64,000 bases of DNA. It comes from TPA_inf: Saccharomyces (taxonomy: Eukaryota). Under the pieces are notes generated by a model. It had not been told where the DNA came from. It saw only the letters and a program-made list of their open reading frames with translations, and searched no databases. The position numbers and the translations under genes were made by a program. Shown here one piece after another: positions 10,306 to 22,100 of the stretch. Where the stretch lies: the NCBI GenBank assembly GCA_000146045.2, contig BK006945.2, positions 896,001-960,000 of the forward strand. The letters are read 5' to 3'. How positions within the stretch are numbered: position 1 is the first letter of the stretch; each line of letters starts with the position of its first letter.

Positions 10306-11078
10306 GGTTTGACAAACTGTATGGTTCTCAACCTTCTCTAATCAAAAGCAGAATCTTAAATATAAACACTCACAGAATATCCGTTGGTCAATGAAGTAAT
10401 TCTCCTTTGTACTGGCTGCTTTTTCTCCTCTAGTTTATGTAATTCTACTTTTGGATGGGTGCGACTGCTTTTAATTGATTGAGTGGCGGTGTTAGAAGGG
10501 CTGTAGAGTCGAAGGCTTGTTTCTCTCTTACGCACCTCTTGTGAAAAGGGCGTGCACCTTCCCCAGGACCCTCTCTCACCCTCAACCCGCATTTTGCTGA
10601 GAATTTTCACCAAGGCCCTAGGTGATATTAGATTCCACCTGACTAATTGCATTACAGCCGACCCAAGGCAATATCAGTTTAATAAAATATCATGTATCTC
10701 ACCCTCTTCTTGGTATTAGTAAAGAGACGCCTGATCTTGTAACAGTGGTGAAGATTGTACTAGAGCAGAATCAAGAATTTAAAAAGTGTAAAGGCAAGGC
10801 AGAGGCGATGTACATAAAACTTCGAAGTAAGAAATATTTAATAGTTCTCGCCACATCACTATGCAGCTATATAAAAACTACTATAAACGTTTGTTTTGTT
10901 CCTTACGCACAATATCCTTGCCTAGAAATCGTTTTTGAAATTTAAATTTTTATTACCATTTATTTGATTCGCCTTCAGAAAAATATGGAAGAGTGCATAT
11001 TTAAAAAGGACTATTTCAGCATATAGTAAAAGTCAGGTTATTTGTTTATTTGCGATATCAGAGTAACTTAAACTAACT

Positions 11079-11918
11079 ATGCAGGGCACTTTTAAAAGGT
11101 TTTACCATCCCACGCTTACGCGGATGTCCTTCTTGGATAAATTCCTCAAGCCTATGATGGCAACGGCTTCCCCAAAGGAATACCAGATCAAACAACTGGT
11201 CAAGCCAATAGGCTTAACACAAGCACCAAGGAAAAGCACCAAATACTCCCAGGGGAACTCTTTGAGGGATATGTTTGATTCGGAAAAGACAAACCACAGA
11301 GTTAAAGAGTTGGCCGTTGAATTCAGCAAATCTGGACTTTATGACGTGCAAGTCTTCCAAAAGACAAAGGGGAAATTGTTTATAGCTCCAGTTTCATATT
11401 GGAAAGAAGATAAAGCTTTGTTTTTTCCTCATTTGATAGGAACGGCAATGGATGGTACGAAACAACAGAATATCGAGGATATGTTAAGGGGTAAAACCAG
11501 TATAGTGAGGTTATTTAGTACAGCATCTGGCGATAAGTTGAGTAGTTCATACTTCCAAGGAATCGTAGACGATAACAAAAAAACTGACTACTTGACTGAA
11601 GCTGATGCGCGTTTAAGTTTAAATGACAGTAACGTCCAAATCATCGAGGTCAATCTTGTAGAAAACGCTGTGAAAAGTGCTCTAGTGAAAACGCTTGCTC
11701 GTTGGGCCAATCGCGTTCCATCCTGGCGCCAGCCATTTTATTTCGAATGTTCTAGAGGCCAATGGCCATTTTCCGTCAGGGAAGAGCTCTTTTGCAATAA
11801 TGTCTTTTCTGGATACGTCTTTCTTGTGGACCAGCAGTTAAAAATTAGGTGGGCAGCTTGCGGGGAGGCTACTCCATCTGAAAAGGAAGCATTGTGGAAG
11901 TTTGCCAAACGTCTGTGA
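11079..11918 (+). CDS. ATP10: ATP10, a mitochondrial F1F0 ATP synthase assembly factor, 279 aa
   Basis: 279-aa ORF in the correct position (YLR393W). The N-terminus is basic and presequence-like. Confidence 0.88.
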   Translation: MQGTFKRFYHPTLTRMSFLDKFLKPMMATASPKEYQIKQLVKPIGLTQAPRKSTKYSQGNSLRDMFDSEKTNHRVKELAVEFSKSGLYDVQVFQKTKGKLFIAPVSYWKEDKALFFPHLIGTAMDGTKQQNIEDMLRGKTSIVRLFSTASGDKLSSSYFQGIVDDNKKTDYLTEADARLSLNDSNVQIIEVNLVENAVKSALVKTLARWANRVPSWRQPFYFECSRGQWPFSVREELFCNNVFSGYVFLVDQQLKIRWAACGEATPSEKEALWKFAKRL

Positions 11919-11949
11919 AGTTGACGCTTTGTGCGGCGGCCAACAAGGG

Positions 11950-13398
11950 ATGGGCGGCTATTTGGCGATCGTGTTCATTCCCCAAACTAACACGAAGAGC
12001 ATGAGAGAGAAAAAACAAAAGTGCTTGAAACAGGTAAGACGTTTATCATTGATATCACCAAAGAAATATATAATGCCGGATTCTATTTTTGAACAGCCCT
12101 TTGTTTACTGTGGTGTTTGCCACAGAAGAACATCGCATGGAGATCCATTGAGGCTGACCTCATGTGCTCATATCCTCTGTTCGCAGCATTCTCCATTAAC
12201 ATCAAAGGTGTGTCCTATATGCCGTTCGAGCGATATCTCCATCATTAACCTTGTGGAATCTAAACAGCTGCCTACCGACATTAGGATTTTTTTTGAGCCA
12301 CTGCCCCCACTTTTGGAGTCGTTATATAATGTTTCCCAATTCCAACTGAATGGGCTTTCGAAACAGTGTCAATACTATCAAAATCATTGTTTAAAGTTGA
12401 GAGAAAAATGTGCAAGACAACAGCAGCTGCTATATCAGGCCAAAATAGAGTTGGATTCTATGGCGATTCTTAAGAAAAGAATACAGGAATTAGAGTCAGT
12501 TTTGAATCATAACAATGTTTCTTCGATGTCAGTTGGTGTGCTACCAACAAGAAATAGCCATCAAAATCATTACCAGCCCCCTCCAACCGTTGATCTGACA
12601 GTTGATGATAATAGTTTAGAAGAATTCGAAGCCAAATCCTTTATTAAAAAGTTGAAAAAAAACTCTTCTTTGAGAAATTCTTCAAAAAATAACAATGGAA
12701 CTGTCACTCCCTCTACAAGTGGTCGTGTAAATAAAAACCAGCCTCTCTTTATGGAGACATTGAATAATCCTAATAGAAATAGCATTCCTCCTCCTGGAAT
12801 GAACCCAAACGCAAATAGTAATCTACCTAATATTTCGACTATTGCAGAATCAACCAATCTGAACAGATTTTCGTTCTCTCCTGTGCGTGTTGCAAAAGGC
12901 TTCGATGGAAAGTTGCCAAATCTTGACATCCTCACGAATAATGGCTCTGTATCTTCCAAAAATATATCAAGATTATCTTCAGCTTCTCTCCAACCCTCTT
13001 CGCCTCTATCTTCATCATCAAATAGGCTTATTTTACCAAATAGTAACCTCAAAGAATTGCATCATTCAAATACACCTTTAACAAGTACCTCGACGCAGTT
13101 TCCCTCAGCTTTAGAAAAATTAAAAATAACAAGGAAGAGAAATAATACTATCAGCGGTTCGAATAGAATAACACACAACTTGAGCTCACACGTAAGAAGC
13201 AGTGGTCTTGCCTTTTCATCTTCATCGAACTCATTGCAACAAAGTAAACTGCCGAAATCAAATATACTAAAGCGGTCCAATTCAACTCAGCAACTGACTA
13301 ATACACATTTGAAGAGTGATAATCATCTGCCACCTCGCTCAAGTAATACTGTGTTGGGTAGTAGCAAGAAAAACAATAAGTTTAGAAGGATTAGGTAA
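11950..13398 (+). CDS. CST9: CST9/ZIP3, a meiotic RING-finger SUMO E3 of the synapsis initiation complex, 482 aa from the ATG at 11950
   Basis: RING-like CGVCHRR...CAHILCSQH...CPICR, a coiled-coil region and a Ser-rich C-terminus. The ORF is open from 11902, but the 482-aa form starts at the second ATG (11950). Confidence 0.82.
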   Translation: MGGYLAIVFIPQTNTKSMREKKQKCLKQVRRLSLISPKKYIMPDSIFEQPFVYCGVCHRRTSHGDPLRLTSCAHILCSQHSPLTSKVCPICRSSDISIINLVESKQLPTDIRIFFEPLPPLLESLYNVSQFQLNGLSKQCQYYQNHCLKLREKCARQQQLLYQAKIELDSMAILKKRIQELESVLNHNNVSSMSVGVLPTRNSHQNHYQPPPTVDLTVDDNSLEEFEAKSFIKKLKKNSSLRNSSKNNNGTVTPSTSGRVNKNQPLFMETLNNPNRNSIPPPGMNPNANSNLPNISTIAESTNLNRFSFSPVRVAKGFDGKLPNLDILTNNGSVSSKNISRLSSASLQPSSPLSSSSNRLILPNSNLKELHHSNTPLTSTSTQFPSALEKLKITRKRNNTISGSNRITHNLSSHVRSSGLAFSSSSNSLQQSKLPKSNILKRSNSTQQLTNTHLKSDNHLPPRSSNTVLGSSKKNNKFRRIR

Positions 13399-13728
13399 AT
13401 AGGTGTAAGGATTCCCCGTGACGAAAACAGCCTTCAGAATAGATAGAGTATGTTACTGTATTATAAAAGTTATTCTATTTTCTTATGTGTTACTATATAT
13501 GGTATTATTTTAGAAGAAATTTGTCGAATTATGTTCTTCTTAGATCCTTCTTTCCCGCCGTCTCAATACGAAGGCACAAGGAGAGGATTATGAATATATG
13601 AAAAGAAAATTGTACAAATAAATAAAACGATGATATGCGCACCTAGGAATAGCAAAGAACACACTCTAAAACGTCTCAACCAAGCACGCTATGTACACAC
13701 ATCTATCCTTCAAACTTATGGGGGTGTT

Positions 13729-13965
13729 TTAAAAAGCACCTGACTTTTTCAATTGAACATAGCAGGCAACAAATGGAACAGCAAATCCAATAGCGAAGAA
13801 CCCGAAATGAGATAAGGCGTAAGGTGTCTTTCTTCCTTTGACTTTGAATGGGATATTTTCATACACACCGTCTTTGAAGTGTACTGACCTCTTCATGATA
13901 ATAGGTCTGGTCATGATATTGCTACTTCTCTTAGCTGTCGTTCTAATCATCTGTTGGCACAACAT
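13729..13965 (-). CDS. COX8: COX8, cytochrome c oxidase subunit VIII, 78 aa precursor
   Basis: 78-aa ORF MLCQQMIRTTAKRSSNIMTRPIIMKR... with a presequence and a single transmembrane helix (FGFFAIGFAVPFVACYV). Confidence 0.9.
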   Translation of the reverse strand: MLCQQMIRTTAKRSSNIMTRPIIMKRSVHFKDGVYENIPFKVKGRKTPYALSHFGFFAIGFAVPFVACYVQLKKSGAF

Positions 13966-14234
13966 TGCGTAATGGAAATGGATAACTTTTCTGTTTAGTT
14001 TGCTCTGTGGCTCTATCTAGAAAATTAAAGGATACAAAACTAATTAACCATTCTTATAAATCACTAAGCCAGCACAATGGTTTCTACTGCTGTCAGCCTT
14101 TATTTTCAATTTTTCTTAGTCCCCTAGCTTTTCCGTAAACACCGAACACTTCTCTCGTATGATTGGTGCAAACCGTTTGGTGAAAAAAAGCACATTTGCA
14201 TATACAAAAAATTAACAAATCTATCATATAATAA

Positions 14235-16310
14235 TTAAGATATAGAGTTCATGATCCTTGTGCCATTGATCAAGCCATCGGCGATGATGATAAACCTTTT
14301 ATTGATACCTTTTTTACCTAGTATTTTTTGCAAATGCTTCATTATAGCTATTTCACCCATTGTTACACCTCCGAGGAATACTACGAGTGCAATATCCTCT
14401 GCAGCATGAAATGTCCCATTAGATCCGTCTATGGACCGTCTATTATTGCTCTTGATGCTTGCATTGATCTTTTTTGTAATGGTTCCCGGGACCCATATAC
14501 TCTCTTCGATCGCATGTGAGTCTCCATATAACTGTTCAATTAAATCCTCCGTTTGAGAAACTCTAGGTTCTCTTGACAGTATAAAAGGCTGCTGCGAGGA
14601 ATAATTATGGAACAAGATAGACCTATCATATAACATCTGAACCAGTCTCATTGTCAAGGGCACTACACCACTGTAAGCAAAAGTGGCTTCCGAGAAGTCA
14701 TCGTTCTCATTTGTGATTTTATCGGCAGCATGCTCGTCTTCTATGGGTACTGTATTGAACCATTGTGAAATATAACGGTATTCTTTCTGTAATCTTGTTG
14801 ACTTACTTGTTGTAATATGCAAATCAGTTTTTCCCGTTTTGCTAGTGAAAAATCCTAACTCAGCCAATGATTCAAGTTGAAAGCATTTTTCAATGCCCCA
14901 AGAGTCGATCATAAAGGTTCTTAGATATTCATAATCCTTTTCTCGAAGTGAATTTTTACAAAGAGACAATAAACAGATTAATCTGAGAATCTTCTTTTGA
15001 TCAACCTCGTACTGGTACTGCAACTCGAGTATAATATCTTCAATGTCGTTATTAAGTGTATTTCCCATCAAAATTTCCAGCTCTAACTCTAAGATTTTAT
15101 TGAAAGATCCGTACTCTTCAGTCTCTACCACTTTCAAAACGTCGGATGATAAGGTTGTGTGATTTTTCAAAAAAGCTTGCCTTTGTTGCAAAGAACCTAA
15201 GGAATCAACGAATTCTTTGATTTCATGTACGCTCTCGGCTTTATGCCTTGTATCATATTGCGTTTGTAGTTCCTTTGCCAATTTATTTAACTGCGGCCCA
15301 ATCGACCCAAAATTTAAAAATTTCAAATCATTCCATATTTTATCTTCCTTATAATTGAAGTTCATGTCTTTCTCCTTTATCTTTATGCCAGAATTGAATT
15401 CATATAGATCATCTAGTATTCCTGCATACGTAAGTTGTGTCAACAATGGCGTTATAGGATCGGTATTCCTTTCCAAGATAATCAAGTCCATTTCTAGTCC
15501 ACAGTTGGTTCGTTCACCATAAAGCGTACCCTTGATGAATAAATCATTCTCTGTTTGATGCTCATCGATTCGTTTCTTCAAAAGATGGCTACATCTCTTA
15601 GACAGATTACCTATCGACACAACATTTGTTATGATACTATTAGTTTCAAAAATCAAGCTCTGCAACGAATTGACCATATCATCAACCAGTATTGACTCTG
15701 TGGCACTCTGCAAAGAACGTAAGTTGGGATAATACATGTTTACATTTTCCATGTTATAAAGGGAATGAGTCAATAGAACATTTTCATCAATCTGTGGGAA
15801 GGGCAAGAGATCCCAAGGGTAAAGGGTATATTCGTTCGATAGCTCCTTTAACTGAGATTCAATGACGTTAGGGAAATGTGTTTTTTTTGAATTCAAATCG
15901 AAACCATCCTTTTGCCATTGCTCTGTATCCTCCAAAGTATTTTGGAAAGACGGTTTCCATCGACAGTATATTATATGCAAAGATGATAAATTGTGCTTTT
16001 GAGCAGCATCAAGCAGTTGTGGAGGGAGTCGGAGAGATGTTCTGACATCAATAAGAAAAATAAGATCCATTTGCGGAACGCTGCCTAAGGCACTCGGTAA
16101 ATCGTCACTTAGCTGATCATCGAGTAACGTAATTTTCCTTACAGGAGTTGATTGAGTCAAATCTTGGAAAGTTAGCAAACTATTGAGTACTGGCAATACA
16201 CTTGGTTGAACCACAAGAACTTCATCATTTTGAGATATCTCATTTAAGGTAGCACATAGTCCATCGGCATTTGTTAATGAAAATTTCTTAGTATTCCAAA
16301 ATCTATTCAT
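14235..16310 (-). CDS. VPS33: VPS33, the Sec1/Munc18-family subunit of the HOPS/CORVET tethering complexes, 691 aa
   Basis: 691-aa ORF. Length and position match YLR396C; Sec1-like architecture. Confidence 0.88.
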   Translation of the reverse strand: MNRFWNTKKFSLTNADGLCATLNEISQNDEVLVVQPSVLPVLNSLLTFQDLTQSTPVRKITLLDDQLSDDLPSALGSVPQMDLIFLIDVRTSLRLPPQLLDAAQKHNLSSLHIIYCRWKPSFQNTLEDTEQWQKDGFDLNSKKTHFPNVIESQLKELSNEYTLYPWDLLPFPQIDENVLLTHSLYNMENVNMYYPNLRSLQSATESILVDDMVNSLQSLIFETNSIITNVVSIGNLSKRCSHLLKKRIDEHQTENDLFIKGTLYGERTNCGLEMDLIILERNTDPITPLLTQLTYAGILDDLYEFNSGIKIKEKDMNFNYKEDKIWNDLKFLNFGSIGPQLNKLAKELQTQYDTRHKAESVHEIKEFVDSLGSLQQRQAFLKNHTTLSSDVLKVVETEEYGSFNKILELELEILMGNTLNNDIEDIILELQYQYEVDQKKILRLICLLSLCKNSLREKDYEYLRTFMIDSWGIEKCFQLESLAELGFFTSKTGKTDLHITTSKSTRLQKEYRYISQWFNTVPIEDEHAADKITNENDDFSEATFAYSGVVPLTMRLVQMLYDRSILFHNYSSQQPFILSREPRVSQTEDLIEQLYGDSHAIEESIWVPGTITKKINASIKSNNRRSIDGSNGTFHAAEDIALVVFLGGVTMGEIAIMKHLQKILGKKGINKRFIIIADGLINGTRIMNSIS

Positions 16311-16549
16311 CGTGAAATGATTTGATAAAGTTGGAGATGGGCAATATCAGCTTTTTCTTCCTTTCTCGAATTTTCTATCTTTTAACTAATTAACATATAA
16401 CTAGTTCCAATTTGCTAACCTTTATGATATTTTATTTATGTATGTTCGTGTGAAGTGATTAATATATTATACAAAATGACCGGAGTTCAGTATAATTTCT
16501 ATCTACTATTATTGAGCACACAAAGGAAAAGAATTGACTATGAACAAGC

Positions 16550-18892
16550 TTACGAAGATGAACCGCTTCTTAGAGCAAACTCTTCATAATAAGAGAGCAT
16601 TTCTGGAGTAATGCCCCTAGCAATTCCTTTAAAAGCTTTCTCAAAATGACGTAATTCCACTTTTGCGACATCTAAATCTTCCATTATGGCAGCCAAGCCC
16701 GCTTCTTGACAAAGCAGCACAACTTCAGCTCCGGAATAACCTTCTGTACGGTCTGCCAATTCATGAAGATCGACTCCAGACTCTTCTGTATTAAATTTCT
16801 TTGTGCACTTCTTTAAGATTTCCAAGCGGGCGTTTACGTCTGGAGGGCCAACGTAAATGTGTCTATCTAACCTACCAGGCCTTAGAAGAGCAGCATCTAT
16901 TTCATCAGGTCTATTCGTCGCCGCTACAATAACTACACCCTTTAACTCTTCAACACCATCAATCTCATTGAGTAAAGATGTGAGCACGTGATTAGCTGCA
17001 GAGGTGGAACTCCCGTCTCTATCAGGAGATAATGCATCGATTTCATCAAAGAAGATAATACTTGGAGCTGCAGAGCGTGCTTTGCGGAAAATTTCTCTTA
17101 TAGCTCTTTCGGATTCCCCTACATACTTGTTAAAAATTTCAGGCCCTTTCACAGCTAAGAAGTTGATACCCGATTCTGTAGCGAGAGCTTTTGCGGTTAA
17201 TGTCTTGGAGCAACCTGGCGGCCCGTAAAGTAATACACCTTTTGGTGCAGAAATTCCCAGCCTGGCAAAAGTCTCCGAAGCCTCCAAAGGCAACTGTATC
17301 ATTTCTTTCATCTTTGTTTTAAGCTCTTCTTGGCCGCCAATGTCAGACCAATAAACTTTTGGCATTTCTAAGAAGATTTCTCTCATTGCGCTGGGTCTGA
17401 TATCAACCATGGCGCTCTCCACATCTTTCAATGTAACTTTTAGGGAAAACTTGTCAATATTGGCGTCTGTTCCTAGTCCTCGTTGTATCGTCTTCATAAC
17501 TGATTCTCTGCAGAGAGCAGTTAAATCAGCACCAACATAGCCATGCGTTTTAGAAGCAATGTACTTGATCGCTTCAGAATCTAATACGTGACGATCCGAG
17601 GACATTCTTGAGAATTGCTTAGTTAAAATGTCAAATCTGGCATCAACGTCTGGTATACCAATTTCTACTTCTTGGTCAAACCTGCCAGGTCTCCTGAGAG
17701 CAGGGTCGACAGAATTAGGCCTGTTTGTAGCAGCAATTACCACCACTTTACCTGCAGCGCCCATGCCATCCATTAGGGTAAGCAATGTAGCCACGACTCT
17801 GCTCTCAACTTCACCGGAGTCATCGTTTGCTCTATTTGGTGCTATTGAATCAATTTCGTCAATGAAAATAATGGAAGGCTGGTACTTCCTTGCTTCATTA
17901 AAAATATCTCTTAATGCCGCTTCCGTTTCACCAAGATATTTGGAGACGATTGAGGGGCCATTAATGGTTAGGACGTGTGCGTTGGACGTATTTGCTACAA
18001 CTCTCAAAAGCATAGTTTTACCAGTACCTGGGGGTCCGTGAAGAAGTATACCTCGAGGGGGAGAAACACCAAAGCTACTAAATAGCGTCGGTTGATGAAG
18101 AGGTATTTCAATAGCACTTTTCAGTGATTCAATCTCCTTGTCTAAGCCGCCCACTGCTGCATAGGATAAGGGCTCCGGAAGATTGTATTTACGATTTGCC
18201 TGGGTTTCTTTCGAAAAAGTTATATGTGTGGAGCCTTTTCTGAATATAAAAGGTGGAGATAGATAAAACAGGTTATCTAATCCACCGTACATATCGTCCA
18301 TGTTAAGATCTAGTTGGCTGACGTCGGGAAGCGAATCATCGCTCGCATCTGTAATTACGACATCAATGCTTTCATCACCTGCTTTTGTTTTTAAGTTTTG
18401 AAAAATCATTCCAGGCATTATAACGCCACTATCATCCAGTAGCTTTTGAATTACTTTTTCCTCCATACATTCCAAAATATTATATCCTTGTAAGGACCCC
18501 ACGGTAACCTTAGTGGCATAAGGTGGTTGCACCTGGGCTTTCTTTAATTCTAGACGATCACCAAGGATAAGGTTCCCAACAGATCGTATAGTTGTGGAAA
18601 GGGTGATAACATTAACAGGATGTACTTCTTCATCACCCGCTCTAGCTATTACTAAAATACCATTTTCGCCTATCTTACCGACAGTACAAAATGATCCCGG
18701 ATTTATCTCAAGCGAGGATAATACGTTAGGATGAATATATGCTGTGCATGTTTCCTTGCCATGATCTTTAGAAGGATGTGGTCTGGTAATAAATTCAGCA
18801 GGCAATTTAAATTTGGATGCTTTTGCATCAGCACTATTAGAACTTGCCGATGATTTCTTTTTGGAACCGGAAGAACTAGATTTAGGAGCCAT
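16550..18892 (-). CDS. AFG2: AFG2/DRG1, a type II AAA-ATPase acting in pre-60S maturation, 780 aa
   Basis: Two AAA modules with Walker A motifs GPPGTGKT and GPPGCSKT, Walker B motifs IIFIDEID/IIFFDEID and second-region-of-homology segments. 780 aa. Confidence 0.93.
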   Translation of the reverse strand: MAPKSSSSGSKKKSSASSNSADAKASKFKLPAEFITRPHPSKDHGKETCTAYIHPNVLSSLEINPGSFCTVGKIGENGILVIARAGDEEVHPVNVITLSTTIRSVGNLILGDRLELKKAQVQPPYATKVTVGSLQGYNILECMEEKVIQKLLDDSGVIMPGMIFQNLKTKAGDESIDVVITDASDDSLPDVSQLDLNMDDMYGGLDNLFYLSPPFIFRKGSTHITFSKETQANRKYNLPEPLSYAAVGGLDKEIESLKSAIEIPLHQPTLFSSFGVSPPRGILLHGPPGTGKTMLLRVVANTSNAHVLTINGPSIVSKYLGETEAALRDIFNEARKYQPSIIFIDEIDSIAPNRANDDSGEVESRVVATLLTLMDGMGAAGKVVVIAATNRPNSVDPALRRPGRFDQEVEIGIPDVDARFDILTKQFSRMSSDRHVLDSEAIKYIASKTHGYVGADLTALCRESVMKTIQRGLGTDANIDKFSLKVTLKDVESAMVDIRPSAMREIFLEMPKVYWSDIGGQEELKTKMKEMIQLPLEASETFARLGISAPKGVLLYGPPGCSKTLTAKALATESGINFLAVKGPEIFNKYVGESERAIREIFRKARSAAPSIIFFDEIDALSPDRDGSSTSAANHVLTSLLNEIDGVEELKGVVIVAATNRPDEIDAALLRPGRLDRHIYVGPPDVNARLEILKKCTKKFNTEESGVDLHELADRTEGYSGAEVVLLCQEAGLAAIMEDLDVAKVELRHFEKAFKGIARGITPEMLSYYEEFALRSGSSS

Positions 18893-19155
18893 TTTCCTTT
18901 CTATGATTGGGCAATTTTGAGAATGGGCAATGTTGAGAATTCAATTGTATATTGTTCGCATATTAGTTTATGTGATGAGGCAATATAAAATTTTCTTACA
19001 ATAGTCCGCCCGTTGCTTACATGAAAGAAAAAAAAAATAAAGATGGATCGAAGTGGACTTAAAAACTATGTATACGTGTGTGTGTGTGTGTGCAATAAGA
19101 GTTCGAAAACATTAACTTTTATAAACATGACTCACATTGAGAATAAATGAGCTCT

Positions 19156-22100
19156 CTATAAATACAAACTTGCGGCGAAAACAATATCTCTCTTAATCAA
19201 CTCTTGAGCCCTGCTCATCTTCATATGTAATGTGGAATTACCAATAATAATAGAGGCAGTCTTAACTTCGCGGCAAATTTCGTCTAGCCAAGTGATAACT
19301 CTGACTACAGTACCTTCAGCCTCGGGGCTCATTTCCATGATTTCTTTGAATGATAAACCACGGGCCCACTCATACACCACATTCATCATGGCAAACCTTT
19401 TTCTGTCCAAAAACTCAGCTTCATCCTGAGTTAATGGAATCTGATGCGTATTGAAAACACAAAGCATTTTCTTGTAAATTTCCTCAATTCTTTGTTTACC
19501 CTTTGCTAGCCTTGGTGTGACAATAGGAGGCTCCTCTTCCCTGGTTTTCCCCTCATAAACAAATACTGATAATAAGGCTACAATCTCTTCAGGTTCAAAG
19601 CTTCCTAAAAAGTTGTCTAAAATTAATTCAGTTAAAACTAACTCATAACCAGAATTAATTTCACATGCCACTCTACCTTTTAACAGCACGTTGTGGTTTT
19701 GGTCGATAAATTCAGTGTCTTTCAGAACAGCCAATCTCTTTTCATAATCGGGTAGTAAGCTCAGATTTTGGTCAGACATCAAATGGTACAATTCTTCAAT
19801 TTTCTTTTTAATTACATGCGCCTTAAACTTGGGAACAATGTGTTGGCTTAGGTTGGGACATTTAATGCTTTTTAGTTTGAATATCTCATCCCTTATATTT
19901 GTACGGTCTAACAATATTTGGTGAATTTTTAAACCTTGCTTTTCAATGTTAATTGCTTCTTTTAGCGTTTTGCCGTCCAAAATGTTATTTGTTTCAGCGT
20001 TAAACTCGTTCAAAGCGGCAACATCCTTTTTAATCACTTTTCCCAAGGGTGCGGCAAACTTGCGTTTAGTGATCACTTCAATAGCCGTCACAGGAACTTC
20101 TTCCATATAAAAATCAGTCTTCTGGAATTTAGGGAAGTTCCTTCTTCTGTATCCATCCGCTTTTGGAAAGTATATTAAATGATTTGGCTCACCATTTGGG
20201 AGTTTGTATGGTTTTGTGAACGTCATAATGACACAAACAGCATCCTTCAGAGAAACTTTAAATACAAATCCTAATTTCAAGCAATCATTGGGGTCCCTAA
20301 AAGCAACGAGTCTGCCCTCTTTCAAGATATGCAATATCGAAGGCGATTTAACCATTTCTTGCATTAGGTTGACTGTTGCCTCCTTATATGCCAGCATCAA
20401 TTCCAAAAACTTTTCGATATCATTATCACAGATTTCACAACTTTTGTACTCTATGGTTTGTAATTCCTCTTGTAATACTTTGATTTGTTTTTCATGTTCA
20501 GGTTGTAAAGTTTCTTTGGCATTCTCACTAAAAGAATACTTGATCATTTCTTCAACTCTCAACGCCTCAATTCTTAAAAGATTTAATATCATATTGTATG
20601 TTAATCTAAACTGAGACTGCAACCTCGTCGGAACACCCATCGTTACTTCTTTGAACGTAGCAATAGATAAAGGACTATTATATGCCATCACAATGACTGT
20701 ACCAGTGGAATCCAAGCCCCTTCTACCAGCTCTACCAGCCATTTGGGTAAACTCACCTGGAGTCAGTTCTCTTAATCCATTACCATCATGTTTACGGATG
20801 CTGCTAAAGATAACTGTTCTTGTGGGAAGGTTCAAACCCATGGCAAAAGTTTCTGTTGCAAATAAAACTTTGATAAAACCCTTGGAAAATAATATTTCGA
20901 TCAACTCCTTGACAATGGGCAATAGCCCCCCATGATGAACAGCTATACCACGTTCAAGTAATGATCTGGTTTTAAGAATTTGAGGCAAATCTCTATCCTC
21001 TTTTTTCAAACGAGTAATCGACTTCTCAATAAACATGTGGATTTGTGATTTTTCCTTATTGTTGCAGAAGTTAATTCCCTCCAACCAGTCAGCATATTCC
21101 TCGCACCTCTTTTTACTAAATACGAAAACAACCATTGGTAGAAGCTCTCTTTTCCTTAGGTAATTGACAATTTCGGGCCATGTTTTTTTCGAAGGACCAT
21201 CTTGAGTGAAAAACTTACGCTTGTTGGAGCCAATTGCGCCAGCACCTCTTGAACCTCCACGGTTGGCACCTCCACGTGTTGAATTACCACGGCCTCCTCT
21301 TCCATCTCGAGTATTGGATCCACCACGGCCCCCTCTTGCTGTGGATCCACCTCTCCCGTTGTCAGTTTTTGAAGGAGCCCCTTTTGCACTCTCCCCATTT
21401 AGAATCTCTTTATGTTTCCTGAAATTAGCTTCTAAAAATTCTGAATTTTGATTAATAACCGGTATCAGTTCCTTTTTAGCCCATATATTTATTTCCAATG
21501 GAACGGGTCTTTTTGGTGTGGAAATGACATAAATATTTTTTTGCTTAGTTCTTCCAATCCAATTAGCAAACTCATAAGTGTTAGGAACGGTGGCAGATAA
21601 TAAGATAAACTTGACATGCTGTGGAAGCATAATAATAACTTCTTCCCAGACAACACCACGGTCTTGATCATTAACGTAGTGAACTTCATCGAAAATGACA
21701 AACTCTACATCTCTGATCAAATCGGCACCTCTATAAAGCATTGATCTTAAAATTTCGGTCGTCATAATCAAACAGTTAGCATCCGGATTAATTTGCACAT
21801 CACCAGTAATCAACCCAATATTAACATCGTCAAAAGTTTCTTTAAAGTCTCGGAATTTTTGATTGGATAAGGCTTTAATGGGTGATGTATATATAGTTTT
21901 AGTCATGTTTCTATGTGCCATGGCAATTGCGTATTCTGCAACAACAGTTTTACCAGCAGATGTGTGGGCGGCAACAAATACGGAATCACCTTGTTCGAGA
22001 TGATAGACGGCTTCCTTTTGAAATGTATCCAATTCAAAAGGCCACGATCTAGCGGGGTTTGGAATCAACTCATCGAAATTTTCGATCTTATGGTTCAAAT

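Noticed and set aside
10356-10652. 98-aa ORF on the minus strand between ART10 and ATP10
   Set aside because: No recognisable domain, and it lies in the ART10/ATP10 promoter region. Typical of a dubious intergenic ORF.
12570-13280. 160-aa and 72-aa minus-strand ORFs inside CST9, and similar antisense ORFs inside AFG2 (17628-18041), SKI2 (20204-20935) and DUS3 (27488-27969)
   Set aside because: They are antisense to strongly supported coding regions and lack motifs. They are expected by chance in ORFs with codon-biased composition.
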